Assembly (NCBI GenBank): GCA_013359225.1 | Contig: JABWCG010000001.1 | Coordinates: forward strand, 206,362 to 270,361 | Reading direction: 5' to 3' | DNA from: Candidatus Buchananbacteria bacterium | GTDB taxonomy: Bacteria > Patescibacteriota > Patescibacteriia > Buchananbacterales > UBA6539 | Length of the DNA stretch: 64,000 nt | Shown: piece by piece, positions 17,902 to 28,438 of the stretch | Layout: every line of letters starts with the position of its first letter | Position numbering within the stretch: position 1 is the first letter of the stretch | The notes under the pieces: model-generated | Told to the model about the DNA's origin: nothing | What the model saw: only the letters and a program-made list of their open reading frames with translations | The model's database searches: none | Program-made: the position numbers and the translations under genes

Positions 17902-18714
17902 ATGCCAAAAGTTTCTGTTTTAATGCCGGCTCACAATGCATCGACTTACCTCGGTGAGTCGATTCAAAGTATTCTTAATCAAAATTTTAAAGATTTTGAG
18001 TTTGTTATTGTTGACGACGCTTCGACCGACGGTACGTGGTCGATACTTGAGCAGTATGCCGCTACTGATGATCGGATTAAAATTGTTCGTAATCAAGAAA
18101 ATTTAGGCATTGCCGCCACCAGAAACCGTTTGTTAGGTTTGGCAACCGGTGAATATATTGCCTGGCAGGACGCTGATGATATTTCGCAGCCATGGCGGTT
18201 GAATAAGCAGGTTAGTGTACTTGATCAAAACCCTCATATTGGCATCTGCGGCGGGTATCTGGAATTTTTTAATAAAAACAAAGTTTTAGGGGTTCGCCGT
18301 TATGCGGCAACTGACAAGATGCTGCGACAGAATATTTTTCGTTTTTCGCCGGTTGCTCAACCGGTTGCCATGATTCGCCGTGAAGCGATCAACCGCGCCG
18401 GTCATTTTGAATCCGGAATTGACGTTGCCGAAGATTTATTGATGTCTTTTAAAATTGGTCAGTGGTATCAATTTGCCAATGTTCCTGAGGTATTATTGCG
18501 ATATCGCCAACAGTCTAATTCCATTACGTTTAAAAAATTAAAAACGTTGGAATTAAATACCTTAAAAATCAGAAATGAATTTCGCACCAATCCGGCCTAT
18601 CAATTCAGGTTTGCTGATGCTGCCTATAACTTGTTGCAGTTAGTGACATTGTATCTTTCGCCGGTTAGTTTAAGAATTTGGCTATTTAATACTTTGCGCA
18701 ATTCAAAACGATGA
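17902..18714 (+). CDS. Family 2 glycosyltransferase.
   Basis: The GT-A fold N-terminus 'VSVLMPAHNASTYLGESIQSILNQNFKDFEFVIVDDASTDGT' is present. Confidence 0.8.
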   Translation: MPKVSVLMPAHNASTYLGESIQSILNQNFKDFEFVIVDDASTDGTWSILEQYAATDDRIKIVRNQENLGIAATRNRLLGLATGEYIAWQDADDISQPWRLNKQVSVLDQNPHIGICGGYLEFFNKNKVLGVRRYAATDKMLRQNIFRFSPVAQPVAMIRREAINRAGHFESGIDVAEDLLMSFKIGQWYQFANVPEVLLRYRQQSNSITFKKLKTLELNTLKIRNEFRTNPAYQFRFADAAYNLLQLVTLYLSPVSLRIWLFNTLRNSKR

Positions 18715-19544
18715 GTTCTCAAACGCCAAAGATTTCAGTTATTATGCCATTTTATAACGCGGCGGCGTTTTTAGCCCCGGCGTTAGAAAGTATTTTAAAT
18801 CAAACCTTTCGTGACTTTGAATTAATTTTAATTAATGATGCTTCAACTGATAATTCCGACCAGATTGTTCAGCGCTATTTAACCGACCAGCGTATCATTT
18901 ATATTAAAAATAAGGTTAATCAGGGGATTGTTTTTAATCTTAATCTGGCTTTACAGCGGGCTCAATCTGAAATTATCGCCCGCATGGATGGCGATGACGT
19001 TTGCGAACCGGATCGTTTTGCTAAACAGTATGAATTTTTGCAGCAGCATCCCGAGGTTGCGGCGGTTGGCAGCTTTATTAAAATTATTGATGAAAATGGA
19101 AAAATAATTGATCAACGGACTAAACCGGTTGATTTTGAACAGATGAAAAAGAAACTTCTGGTTTATTCGCCTGTCGTCCACGCCAGCTTATTGTACCGAA
19201 AATCAGCAGTTTTAGCCCTTGGCGGTTATCGTGATAAATATCTTTATTGCGAAGATATTGATTTGTTTTATCGCTTGGTCTATTCAGGACATATCTTAGC
19301 GAATATACCAGAATTTTTATATTATTATCGTTATCATCATGATTCGGTAGCTCATCGGTCAAAATTATTGGCCAAAAAAATGTTGTTACTTAGGCATGAA
19401 ACGATTACGAGTTTTAGTTTAAAGGTACCTAGAAAGCAGTGGTTGATGATCTATTTGCAATATTTTATCGGTATCGGGCTGTCTGGCCGTCAGCGGCAGA
19501 TGTTTGAAGGCTGGTATAAGAAAATTTTTTATCATGGTAAATAA
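18711..19544 (+). CDS. Family 2 glycosyltransferase.
   Basis: The GT-A fold N-terminus 'ISVIMPFYNAAAFLAPALESILNQTFRDFELILINDASTDNS' is present. The start overlaps the upstream stop. Confidence 0.8.
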   Translation: MSSQTPKISVIMPFYNAAAFLAPALESILNQTFRDFELILINDASTDNSDQIVQRYLTDQRIIYIKNKVNQGIVFNLNLALQRAQSEIIARMDGDDVCEPDRFAKQYEFLQQHPEVAAVGSFIKIIDENGKIIDQRTKPVDFEQMKKKLLVYSPVVHASLLYRKSAVLALGGYRDKYLYCEDIDLFYRLVYSGHILANIPEFLYYYRYHHDSVAHRSKLLAKKMLLLRHETITSFSLKVPRKQWLMIYLQYFIGIGLSGRQRQMFEGWYKKIFYHGK

Positions 19545-21930
19545 TATTAAACAATTCATTTTTAAACATTGGGATTGGCTTGTCTTTGGCGTTCTAGCTT
19601 TGATGGCACTGGGGTATCTGATTGTTCAGCGCGGCGTCTGGGCATTTGCCGACAGCGGTTTTTATTATCCCACTCTCAGGCAGGCGCTGGAAGTTGCTTT
19701 GTCAAAGTTTGGCTTTTTCTCCAATACTGACGGTTTCTATTTTGGTTTTGACAGCAGTTCAATTAGCTTTTCTCATTTATTAGCTGCATTTTATCAGGTG
19801 ATTTTAACATTCTTGTTTGGCGCTGATCTTGGTCAGATTATGTATTATTTTTTGTATTATTTTTTGGCTTTTTATTTTGGCGCCAAGTTGTTAGAAACGC
19901 TGTTTCCTCATTTTGGTAAAACGGAAACCAAAATTGGTGCGTTATTTTTGGCGTTTAATCCGATTTCAATTTTGCTAGTAACGTTGTATGTCATCTCATA
20001 CGTTTATGTTGCTTTTATTATCTTTTTGTATGCATTTTTAAACTATCTCAAAGACGGGAAGATTAGGATGCTTGCTTTGTCGGCATGTTCCGGGATTTAT
20101 CTGCTGTCATATTTTCGGCTGATCCCGATTGTTATCGTTACCTGTTTGATGATTGGTTTTATTTTTTTTGATAAAAAATATTTTAAGCCCGAACGATTTT
20201 TTTTGGCGCTGGCGATTTTTATTTTGGTCGGTAGCCCATTCATTGTTGGCAACGTTTTATCATTCACCAGTTCGGAAAACGTGGTTGGGTATTACCAGGA
20301 GGCTTTTGATAAATATACTAAGGCCAATTATGAATTCAAGAGCTCGTTTATCAACGCATTTGCTAATCCCGGAGGTTTTACTCCCTCAACGTTGAGTTTT
20401 TTCTATAATAACCGGGGTTTGCCGGGGTTTGCCGACAATTTCGCGGTCAAGGATTCTTTTGAGTTTTATAAAGCTATCCAAATTATTTTTAACATTGGCT
20501 TATTAATTTTAGCGTTGGTATTGTTTAAAAACAAAACCAATCTGAAGATTATTGCTTTGATTTTAGTGGTATTTTTAATAAATACTTTGGGATTTTTTTC
20601 CGATGAACATTTTTTCAACCTAGCCAATAACAGTTTTTTGGTTTTTTTGTACAACGATTACGGTTTTATGCAATTTACCCAGAGTTTTTTGTATGCTTTT
20701 TTGATTGCTATTGTGCTGTTTGAAACCGGACGGCACCACCATCAGTTTAAAAAGACGTTATTCGCCGGAATGATTGTTTTGTATTTATTGGTTAATTTAT
20801 TGCCGCTACTGTCGGGGCATTATGGGCTCAAGAAAGTGGGTGATATTCCCGAAAGTTACCAAAAAACATTTTTTACACCCAAATCCTATGGGTTTAAGGA
20901 AGCGTCGCTTTTCACGCCGTACCACTGGCTTAATTTTGAGTGGTCGCCTTATTTTTTGGATTTTAATGTTTTCCCTTATTCTAAATACAAGAGTTTAGTG
21001 ATCCCGAATTTACGGTTATTGGATAATAATTTTGTGGAATTTTATAACCGCATTTATGAAGATTTCAAACGGCCGGGTCTGTCTAATTTGTTTATATTTA
21101 ACATTAAAAATATTTTTGCTTTTCATGATGTTGTTGATGCTAATAAAAATATTGACACATATAAAGTCGTCAATTTGGAAAATAACAGCCAAAAAATCAA
21201 CAATGAACTAATTCATCGTTCGGATTTGAATGTTGTCGAGAGCAACTATCACTTTACTCATTATCGGTTTGCCAGTGCTGATGATTTTGATTATTTTATC
21301 TATTCGCCAAAATCTATTTTGGATGTCGGTTTTGAAAATTTTTACCTTAAAAATTTTGATTTAAGCAGCAAGCCGGTGTTATTAAATAAAGATGAATATA
21401 ATCTGGTTAATACGATTAAAGACATTAATTTTGAACTTAATTCACCGTATATTTTTGTTAAAGCCTCGCCGAATAATTCAAACAAGTATTACCTTAAATT
21501 GAAAGTTAATAAAAATTATCCGTTTTTAATTCAGCTTAATCAGACTTTTTCTCCGTTTTGGAGGCTGTATTTTGTTGATCAAAAAACTTGGGATCAGATA
21601 TCATGTCAGTCGCAGTGGCAGGAATATTGGCTGACTCAGAATAGCAAGTGTGCCGTTGGCGGTACAGCGCTTGATTTTAGGGATTTTGGTCTGCTTGATA
21701 ATAAATTTTTGAAGCGCGAAAACCATTTACGGGGAAACTTAGCTGGCAACGCTTTTTTAATCACGCCGCAGGATATTCCAGACGAATTTCAGGACGGTGA
21801 AGATTTATATTTAGTGTTATACTTCAATAAGCAGCTTTATTATATTATTACTTTGTTGATTTCCGCATCTGTTCTGTTAGTGCTGATAGTGTTTACCATT
21901 GTTCAAAAGAAATATGAAAATCATCGTTAG
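19534..21930 (+). CDS. Large polytopic membrane protein with a C-terminal extracytoplasmic domain, possibly GT-C-like or an envelope biogenesis protein.
   Basis: More than ten predicted transmembrane helices occupy the N-terminal half. The ATG at 19534 was chosen over the TTG at 19504. Confidence 0.6.
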   Translation: MVNNIKQFIFKHWDWLVFGVLALMALGYLIVQRGVWAFADSGFYYPTLRQALEVALSKFGFFSNTDGFYFGFDSSSISFSHLLAAFYQVILTFLFGADLGQIMYYFLYYFLAFYFGAKLLETLFPHFGKTETKIGALFLAFNPISILLVTLYVISYVYVAFIIFLYAFLNYLKDGKIRMLALSACSGIYLLSYFRLIPIVIVTCLMIGFIFFDKKYFKPERFFLALAIFILVGSPFIVGNVLSFTSSENVVGYYQEAFDKYTKANYEFKSSFINAFANPGGFTPSTLSFFYNNRGLPGFADNFAVKDSFEFYKAIQIIFNIGLLILALVLFKNKTNLKIIALILVVFLINTLGFFSDEHFFNLANNSFLVFLYNDYGFMQFTQSFLYAFLIAIVLFETGRHHHQFKKTLFAGMIVLYLLVNLLPLLSGHYGLKKVGDIPESYQKTFFTPKSYGFKEASLFTPYHWLNFEWSPYFLDFNVFPYSKYKSLVIPNLRLLDNNFVEFYNRIYEDFKRPGLSNLFIFNIKNIFAFHDVVDANKNIDTYKVVNLENNSQKINNELIHRSDLNVVESNYHFTHYRFASADDFDYFIYSPKSILDVGFENFYLKNFDLSSKPVLLNKDEYNLVNTIKDINFELNSPYIFVKASPNNSNKYYLKLKVNKNYPFLIQLNQTFSPFWRLYFVDQKTWDQISCQSQWQEYWLTQNSKCAVGGTALDFRDFGLLDNKFLKRENHLRGNLAGNAFLITPQDIPDEFQDGEDLYLVLYFNKQLYYIITLLISASVLLVLIVFTIVQKKYENHR

Positions 21931-24055
21931 AAAAATTATCCTAGTATTATCAGTATTAACCTTGATCGGTTATGTCAGTTTTGGTGTGGTTAGTAAAAAG
22001 ATTAATTTTATTTATCAGCCATTCCGTGCTGACCATTTGTCGTTGGCGTTTACGGCAACTGATAGTCGAGCCGAACAGGTGCCGTATTTATTGGCAGATA
22101 TTAAAGAGTTAAAGAATGGCAATAATTCCACGGGTGTAATTTTATATAATGATATTAATAAGCAAAAGAATTTAAGTGTTATTGCCTCAATGGCAGACGA
22201 CATTTATATTAGCTTATTTAACCAGTCGCAATTAACCGACGACTTGTCATCAAAATTCAATAATAATATTAATATTGCTTTTCCGTTTGATTTGAGATTT
22301 CATCTGGCGCACGACAGTAACGTGACTTTGAAATATGATAAAGTAAATCAGTCGCTGAATTTAGTTTACAAGGGTCAAACGCTGCAGATCAACGATGATT
22401 TAAAGAGTTTTGACGATTTTGTTATTTATCGCTTGCCAGGCATTAGTCCTGACAGTTTAATTAAAGTCGGTGAGCTGGTTGTTAATTTGGCAACATATCC
22501 TAACGATTTAAGCGTGCCGTTGGACCAATTAACTTCGCAGTCTTTTGAAATCTATCGATCGGCCGACCAAAATTTATTGGTTTCACAAAACTATTCTTTC
22601 GAGCAGGGTCGCTGGACTCCGCAAGTCGGGGATTGCAGCGCGTATTTGCCTGGAGATGCGGCAATAAAAATGGACTTAATTGGCAATCCAAGCGGTGGCC
22701 AGGCGCTAAAAATCTCTTCAACTAATCACTATGCCTGTACCTTTAAGCCGTTTAGTGTCAGCCTTAATACAAACCTGTTGTATGTTTTTTCTTTTGACTA
22801 TCAAAATCTGACAGGTGATGAAATTCGATACTACCTTTATTTAAAAAACCAAATTGATCAAACACAGGAGAAATTTGATTCATTTAATGCCCAGGATCGT
22901 AATTGGCATAAATATCAAACCGTTATCAAGCCAACCATTGACCAGGCGGATGAAATGACTGTTTATGTTTACGCACCGTCGGAAGGTGATCGCGAGATAA
23001 CAAACGTCTATGACAATTTTCAACTTGGTTCATACGTGCTTGATCGAACAGTTACTCTTGAAGGTTTAAAAACTGATACCAACTACGGTACCAATAATGT
23101 GGTTACTCTAAAAGTCGGTGAAAATAATTTTAGATTTCCTCGAACTACCACAAATCTGTTGAAAGATTTCAACCCCTCATTTGAACAGGGCTTGTGGGAT
23201 CAGGAGGCCGGGGACTGCAGCAACTACCTTGACGGCAAACCTCAGTTTTTGATGATGTCTGACATACGTGCTACTGACGGGGAAAAATCATTGCGCTTAT
23301 CATCGGCCAATCATTTTGCCTGCACGATTCGTTCATTTCCCATTGTTTTGACTTCGGATATGTTGTATAAATTAAGCTTTGATTATAAATCAATTGAAGG
23401 CGACAAGGTTCAGTATTACTACACCATCAAAAATGATTTTGGTCAGGTGCAGGAAAAATTTGATTCGTTTGAGGGTTTAGACCCGGCCTGGCAGCGGTTT
23501 GAAGAAATTATTGACCCAAAGATTGTTGATGCTAACAATTTTGATTTTTATTTTTATGCTCCTTCGGACGGTTCGGTAAAAATTACAAATCTTTATGATA
23601 ATCTGCGGCTTGAGGAATTTGCGCCAAAAGAAATATTTTCTTACTTTTTATATTTTAATCAGCCTGAGAAAAACAGCAACAACAATTCATCTACTATCAT
23701 TATAAGTTCCGACAGCATTTGGCGCCACGCGGTTGACTTAAAAAATATCAACAGTTCTTTTCTGCTTGTGTACCCGGAACAGTATGATGATTCCTGGAAA
23801 TTACATACTGCTCAAAATACATTTACCATTGCTGACAACCTTCATTTTGAAATTGACGGCCATGGCAACGGCTGGTGGATTTCAGTTTTTGACCTTTGTA
23901 TTGATAAAAAGATATGCGAGCAGAACGCTGACGGTAGTTATAATATGTCGTTAGTGATTGAAAATACTAAATTTAAAAAACTACAATTGGTATTTTTTGC
24001 TTTGTTGTTTATCGAGTTTATTATCTTGTTATTTAGTTATGGCAAAAGAAAGTAA
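21914..24055 (+). CDS. Secreted or membrane-anchored protein with an internal tandem duplication of a ~150-aa module, plus a C-terminal transmembrane segment.
   Basis: The signal anchor is 'MKIIVRKIILVLSVLTLIGYV'. The two repeats are 'FEQGRWTPQVGDCSAYL...ITNVYDNFQL' and 'FEQGLWDQEAGDCSNYL...ITNLYDNLRL'. Confidence 0.6.
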   Translation: MKIIVRKIILVLSVLTLIGYVSFGVVSKKINFIYQPFRADHLSLAFTATDSRAEQVPYLLADIKELKNGNNSTGVILYNDINKQKNLSVIASMADDIYISLFNQSQLTDDLSSKFNNNINIAFPFDLRFHLAHDSNVTLKYDKVNQSLNLVYKGQTLQINDDLKSFDDFVIYRLPGISPDSLIKVGELVVNLATYPNDLSVPLDQLTSQSFEIYRSADQNLLVSQNYSFEQGRWTPQVGDCSAYLPGDAAIKMDLIGNPSGGQALKISSTNHYACTFKPFSVSLNTNLLYVFSFDYQNLTGDEIRYYLYLKNQIDQTQEKFDSFNAQDRNWHKYQTVIKPTIDQADEMTVYVYAPSEGDREITNVYDNFQLGSYVLDRTVTLEGLKTDTNYGTNNVVTLKVGENNFRFPRTTTNLLKDFNPSFEQGLWDQEAGDCSNYLDGKPQFLMMSDIRATDGEKSLRLSSANHFACTIRSFPIVLTSDMLYKLSFDYKSIEGDKVQYYYTIKNDFGQVQEKFDSFEGLDPAWQRFEEIIDPKIVDANNFDFYFYAPSDGSVKITNLYDNLRLEEFAPKEIFSYFLYFNQPEKNSNNNSSTIIISSDSIWRHAVDLKNINSSFLLVYPEQYDDSWKLHTAQNTFTIADNLHFEIDGHGNGWWISVFDLCIDKKICEQNADGSYNMSLVIENTKFKKLQLVFFALLFIEFIILLFSYGKRK

Positions 24056-24767
24056 ACAATTGAAGATAAATTTTCGGCGTAACTACCGGGTTTTAACCTT
24101 CGCCACTTTAGGATTATTGGCTTTTTGTTTTCTATTTTTAGTGATGGCCGATAATGATCTTGCCAATATTGTTGCGGCTTTCATCTATCTTTTTTTGTCA
24201 TTGTTAGTGGTATTGCAAATTTTTGAATACCTGTGGCAGCCGGAAATTTTTGATCGTGCGCCGTCCGATAAGAAGTCAGTTCTGGTTGAACGAATCAGTC
24301 TTTTAAAATCGCGCGAATACCGCAGCACATATCAAAAACGCTACTGGCGTTGGCAGCGGGTTATTAATTTAGCGGTTATGGTGGTTTTCTTTGTGGTTTT
24401 TGGTGTTACTGCTTCAATTTTTAAAAATTTCTGGAGCTTGGTTTCGTTAGTGCTTGTTTTAACTGTTGTAAACTTTTTGTTGTTTTACTATGATTTTGCA
24501 GATCCAAATAATTTTGTTACCAAGCGCGTGGGTAATTATTTAAAATCAACTAGCCGCGAGAACTATGAAATATTCAGGCAGTACTTTTCCAAACGAAACA
24601 ACGTCTTGATTTTAATTGTTAATTTTTGCGTCTTAATGATGTTTTTGATGTTATTTGGCTTTAGTCTGGTTAATTACGGAAAGTTACTCTCATTTGGATT
24701 TATTTTATTTATCATTAACAGTGTTTTAATTCTTGATGCTAAAAATGATGAAGAATATTACCGATAA
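23958..24767 (+). CDS. Hypothetical membrane protein.
   Basis: Several transmembrane helices are visible. The likely start is the internal Met at about 24039. Confidence 0.45.
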   Translation: MKILNLKNYNWYFLLCCLSSLLSCYLVMAKESKQLKINFRRNYRVLTFATLGLLAFCFLFLVMADNDLANIVAAFIYLFLSLLVVLQIFEYLWQPEIFDRAPSDKKSVLVERISLLKSREYRSTYQKRYWRWQRVINLAVMVVFFVVFGVTASIFKNFWSLVSLVLVLTVVNFLLFYYDFADPNNFVTKRVGNYLKSTSRENYEIFRQYFSKRNNVLILIVNFCVLMMFLMLFGFSLVNYGKLLSFGFILFIINSVLILDAKNDEEYYR

Positions 24768-26430
24768 TATTAAGGCCGACGGATTGGCAATTAGCTTTTT
24801 TCTGGTTGTTACCGTAATCATTTTGTGGCAGTTGCTATTGCCTGGCTACATTTTGACGCTTGATATGGTTTTTACGCCCCAACTACGAGCATATCTTGAG
24901 CCGGGAAGTTTTAGTAACCTTATGCCAATTAAATTTATTTTAGTCGTTATCAATGCGTTATTGCCATCGTGGGTAATTCAAAAAATTATTTTGCTTTCAA
25001 TTTTCTTTTGTTCTGGGTATTTGGCTTACAAATTTTTGCCGGTGCCAAAAACATACGGGGCTTCACTGTGGGCGGGGTTGATGTATATGGCAAACCCGTT
25101 TGTGTATCAAAGGCTATTAGCCGGCCAGTGGCTTGTTTTGCTGGCATATATATTTTTACCGTTGTTGCTTCATCTTATTTTTTGCTATGGAATCAAACCA
25201 AATTTTCAGAATGCTCTAAAATTGGCAACCATTCTATTTGTTATTAGTTTATGTTCGCTGCATTTTTTGGTTATTGGTTTGATCGCCGGATCAATTATTT
25301 TAATAATTCATTTGTCACGTGAAATTTATTCTGGAAACCGATCATACCTCAAAAACTTTTTTATCAATACAGCGGTTTTGGGTGCTGCATTGCTGATTGC
25401 TAGTAGTTTTTGGCTAGTGCCCTTTTTATTGAACCAATCTCAATCAATTATTACAACGATTGATCAGCGTGATTTTTCAGCGTTTGCCACTGCTGGTGAT
25501 CCAAGGCTTGGAACGCTGTTTAATGTTTTTTCACTTTACGGTTTTTGGGCAGAAGCTTTGGCCTGGTCTGGCTACTTTTTGTGGCCTAAGACGAACTTCA
25601 TTTTTTGGTTGCTGGTATTAGCGGCATTGGCTATTGTCATTCTAATCGGCATCGTAAAAACATTGCGCGGCCAAAATAAAATTCAGGGAATTAGTTTTTT
25701 GGCGCTAACAATTGTTGCAGCTATTTTATCTGTTGGAATGGGGGAGAGTATTTTTAAAAATATCAACCAGTGGATTTTTAATCATTTTTGGTTTTGGTCG
25801 GGGTTACGCGATACACAAAAGTTTAGCGCTTTATTAGTGGCAGGCTACGCTTATTTTGGCGGGGTTGGATTTTTTGTCTTAGTCGAAAAGGCAAAAAAGT
25901 TTTTTGCTAAAACAGACGTGGTGATTTTTGCGTTGATGATTTTGCCGGTGCTGTATACTTATACGTTATTTGGCGGTCTTGCTCGGCAGTTGCAACCAGT
26001 GTGGTATCCGGCTAGTTGGCAGGAGACCGTTAAGATTTTAGAAGCTGATCCGTCAGAATATAGAGTGCTATTTTTACCTTGGCACCAGTATTTGTCTTTT
26101 GATTTTAACCGAAAACTGCTGATTCAAAATCCGGCAAAAGATTATTTTGGGCCGAAAATCATTCAGGGTGAAAATATGGAGCTTGAATCAATTTATAGCA
26201 AGAATATCAACCAAGAGGTTGAGGGAGTGCAGCAGGTTTTGGCCATGTCAGGCGTTGATTCAACCGATCAAATTATTGAAAATTTGGCTAAATTTAGCAT
26301 AAAATATATTATTTTTAGCCATGATTTAGATGAAGTCAGCCAGCCGATAGATTTTGATCCGGCAACGTCCAGTAAGGTGCGCTTGGTTAAGGATTTTGGT
26401 GACTTGACAATATACGAAATTATGTTATAA
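24733..26430 (+). CDS. Large polytopic membrane protein, possibly GT-C or oligosaccharyl-transferase-like.
   Basis: Roughly twelve hydrophobic helices are followed by a soluble C-terminal domain. It lies inside the glycosylation cluster. Confidence 0.55.
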   Translation: MMLKMMKNITDNIKADGLAISFFLVVTVIILWQLLLPGYILTLDMVFTPQLRAYLEPGSFSNLMPIKFILVVINALLPSWVIQKIILLSIFFCSGYLAYKFLPVPKTYGASLWAGLMYMANPFVYQRLLAGQWLVLLAYIFLPLLLHLIFCYGIKPNFQNALKLATILFVISLCSLHFLVIGLIAGSIILIIHLSREIYSGNRSYLKNFFINTAVLGAALLIASSFWLVPFLLNQSQSIITTIDQRDFSAFATAGDPRLGTLFNVFSLYGFWAEALAWSGYFLWPKTNFIFWLLVLAALAIVILIGIVKTLRGQNKIQGISFLALTIVAAILSVGMGESIFKNINQWIFNHFWFWSGLRDTQKFSALLVAGYAYFGGVGFFVLVEKAKKFFAKTDVVIFALMILPVLYTYTLFGGLARQLQPVWYPASWQETVKILEADPSEYRVLFLPWHQYLSFDFNRKLLIQNPAKDYFGPKIIQGENMELESIYSKNINQEVEGVQQVLAMSGVDSTDQIIENLAKFSIKYIIFSHDLDEVSQPIDFDPATSSKVRLVKDFGDLTIYEIML

Positions 26431-26480
26431 GATGATAAACTATTTTAAGAAAGTAGTTATTTAATATAAGGAAAAATATC

Positions 26481-28355
26481 ATGAAAGAATTAATCAACAT
26501 CGCGCGTAAGCATATCGTTTTAACCTTGCTGTCGGCTGCTGCCATCGTAGCGGTTACCGGTCAGCTTGGCATTGGTGAATTTTTGAATAACCGTTCAGCC
26601 TATGGGTATGGCGGCGGCTTGGGTTATTTAATTAGACCGATTATTTCAATTAACCGGCCATTATTAATTCCCGAAGCTGGTCGTGAAGGACAGTTATTTA
26701 AACACTTTACGGATGCTACTGTTAAAGTTGAAGTTCCGCCGCGAGCTGTTGCTGGTTATGCCTTGTTTGATGTTGATCAGCTTATTATTGGTGCTGGTGA
26801 TAATGTTTGTAGCGGTAGTGGCGAAATTATTGGTAACAAGGCTTTTACCGTCAAGGCCACAAATCAAAATGGCAGTTCAATCAATACCTTTGAAGACAAT
26901 CTTATTGTTTCAATCACTATGCCGGGTTTGCCGGTTAATTCCTCAAATCTTGGGGTATATTATTTCAACACTAACCATCAGTGGGTGTACGGCGCTCCGG
27001 CAGTATTTAATGTTGAAAACAGTGAAGTCACTTTCCAAATTCGGGACCTGGGAACTTTTGCCATTATCAACGCTTCAGGTTTGCCGCGCTTGATTGAGTC
27101 AGAAACCCGCTGTCAGGGCGTGGTGCTTGGTGTTAAAGATTTTGAAGAGGGTGCAATTTTAAGAACTTGTGATGCTCAGATGTATGAAATTCAGAATAAT
27201 CAAGCGGTCAGTATCGGCCGATTGGATTTAATCAACCGAACTTATGAAAGTAAACCGGTTAATGACGTTGACTACGATGTAATCGTTCGTTATACCAAAC
27301 CAGGAACTGAACCAGTTAGTCGTCAAAAGAATTTTTCTGATGGAGAATTATTGCGAACTTGTGACTGGAAAATTTATCGTATTGAGGGTGATGGATTCCG
27401 TCACATTAAAACCTACACGGAACTTCAGAAATATTGGGAAGGACAAACTATCAATAACGTTGATTATTGGCAGATTGCCAAATACCGCAACTTGGATTAC
27501 AGCCCAGACAGCTTAACGCCAGGACAGCAGTCTCAGGTGCTGGGCGCTAAAACATATGCTAAAGGCACGTTTGTAAGAACTCCAGATAGCAAGGTTTATG
27601 TTGTTGAAGATTCAACGGTCCGGTTTGTTGTTGAATTGCCAAAGTCAACAAATCTATATACTGGAGCTCGAGTGATTGATATTGAGTTTGATGATTTAGT
27701 TGAACTTCGAACCGAATTGGCTGGTTCTGAAGCTCGGGTGCTCGGTGTTAAAAGTTATGGCGACGGTGCTCTGCTACGAACCCGTGATTGGAATGTATAC
27801 CGCGTTGAAGGTACCAAGATTCGCAAAGTTGGTGTTGTCGTCGGACCAAATGCCGACACTTTAAACGGCCAAAAAGTTATTGATGTTGACTATGCGACTT
27901 TGGCGTACTACACGAAAGTTGAAGATACGACCGTTGCCGCCCCGGCTGTAACCGGCGGCCAGGTGTTGGGCGTTAAGCAGTATGCCGACGGCACTTTATT
28001 GCGAGTCCCAGACGGCCGGGTTTTTGTGGTCCGAAACGGCAAACCGCAGCATATTGCCACTCTTGATGAATTAAACAAAAATTATCCCGGTGTCAAAATT
28101 ATCAGTATTACCACCGCTGAGCTAGACAATTTGATTAATGGTGCCTCTCAGGTAACCACCGGCGGGCGGGTATTAGGAGTCAAAAAGTATGGTGACGGTA
28201 GCTTGCTGAAGACGCCAGATTGGAAGCTTTATGAAGTAAAAGATGGGCGAGTTCATCATATTGCAACTATTCCGGGATCTCAGGATTTCTATCAGGGTAA
28301 AAAAATTAATCAGGTAACCTACGAGGAACTGGCCCAGTACGAACAGGCCCAGTAA
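26481..28355 (+). CDS. Secreted protein built from about six tandem ~70-aa repeats.
   Basis: An N-terminal signal peptide is present. The repeats include 'GQVLGVKQYADGTLLRVPDGRVFVV', 'GRVLGVKKYGDGSLLKTPDWKLYEV' and 'ARVLGVKSYGDGALLRTRDWNVYRV'. Confidence 0.65.
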   Translation: MKELINIARKHIVLTLLSAAAIVAVTGQLGIGEFLNNRSAYGYGGGLGYLIRPIISINRPLLIPEAGREGQLFKHFTDATVKVEVPPRAVAGYALFDVDQLIIGAGDNVCSGSGEIIGNKAFTVKATNQNGSSINTFEDNLIVSITMPGLPVNSSNLGVYYFNTNHQWVYGAPAVFNVENSEVTFQIRDLGTFAIINASGLPRLIESETRCQGVVLGVKDFEEGAILRTCDAQMYEIQNNQAVSIGRLDLINRTYESKPVNDVDYDVIVRYTKPGTEPVSRQKNFSDGELLRTCDWKIYRIEGDGFRHIKTYTELQKYWEGQTINNVDYWQIAKYRNLDYSPDSLTPGQQSQVLGAKTYAKGTFVRTPDSKVYVVEDSTVRFVVELPKSTNLYTGARVIDIEFDDLVELRTELAGSEARVLGVKSYGDGALLRTRDWNVYRVEGTKIRKVGVVVGPNADTLNGQKVIDVDYATLAYYTKVEDTTVAAPAVTGGQVLGVKQYADGTLLRVPDGRVFVVRNGKPQHIATLDELNKNYPGVKIISITTAELDNLINGASQVTTGGRVLGVKKYGDGSLLKTPDWKLYEVKDGRVHHIATIPGSQDFYQGKKINQVTYEELAQYEQAQ

Positions 28356-28370
28356 TAATGTATATTTTCA

Positions 28371-28402
28371 AATAGCCCCGAACGTTCGGGGCTATTTTTT
28401 TT
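28371..28402. terminator. Bidirectional Rho-independent terminator.
   Basis: A perfect 20-bp palindrome AGCCCCGAACGTTCGGGGCT (28374-28393) is followed by T8. Confidence 0.8.
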
Positions 28403-28438
28403 GGAATTTTTTATTTCAATGCTATACTATACGGTAGC

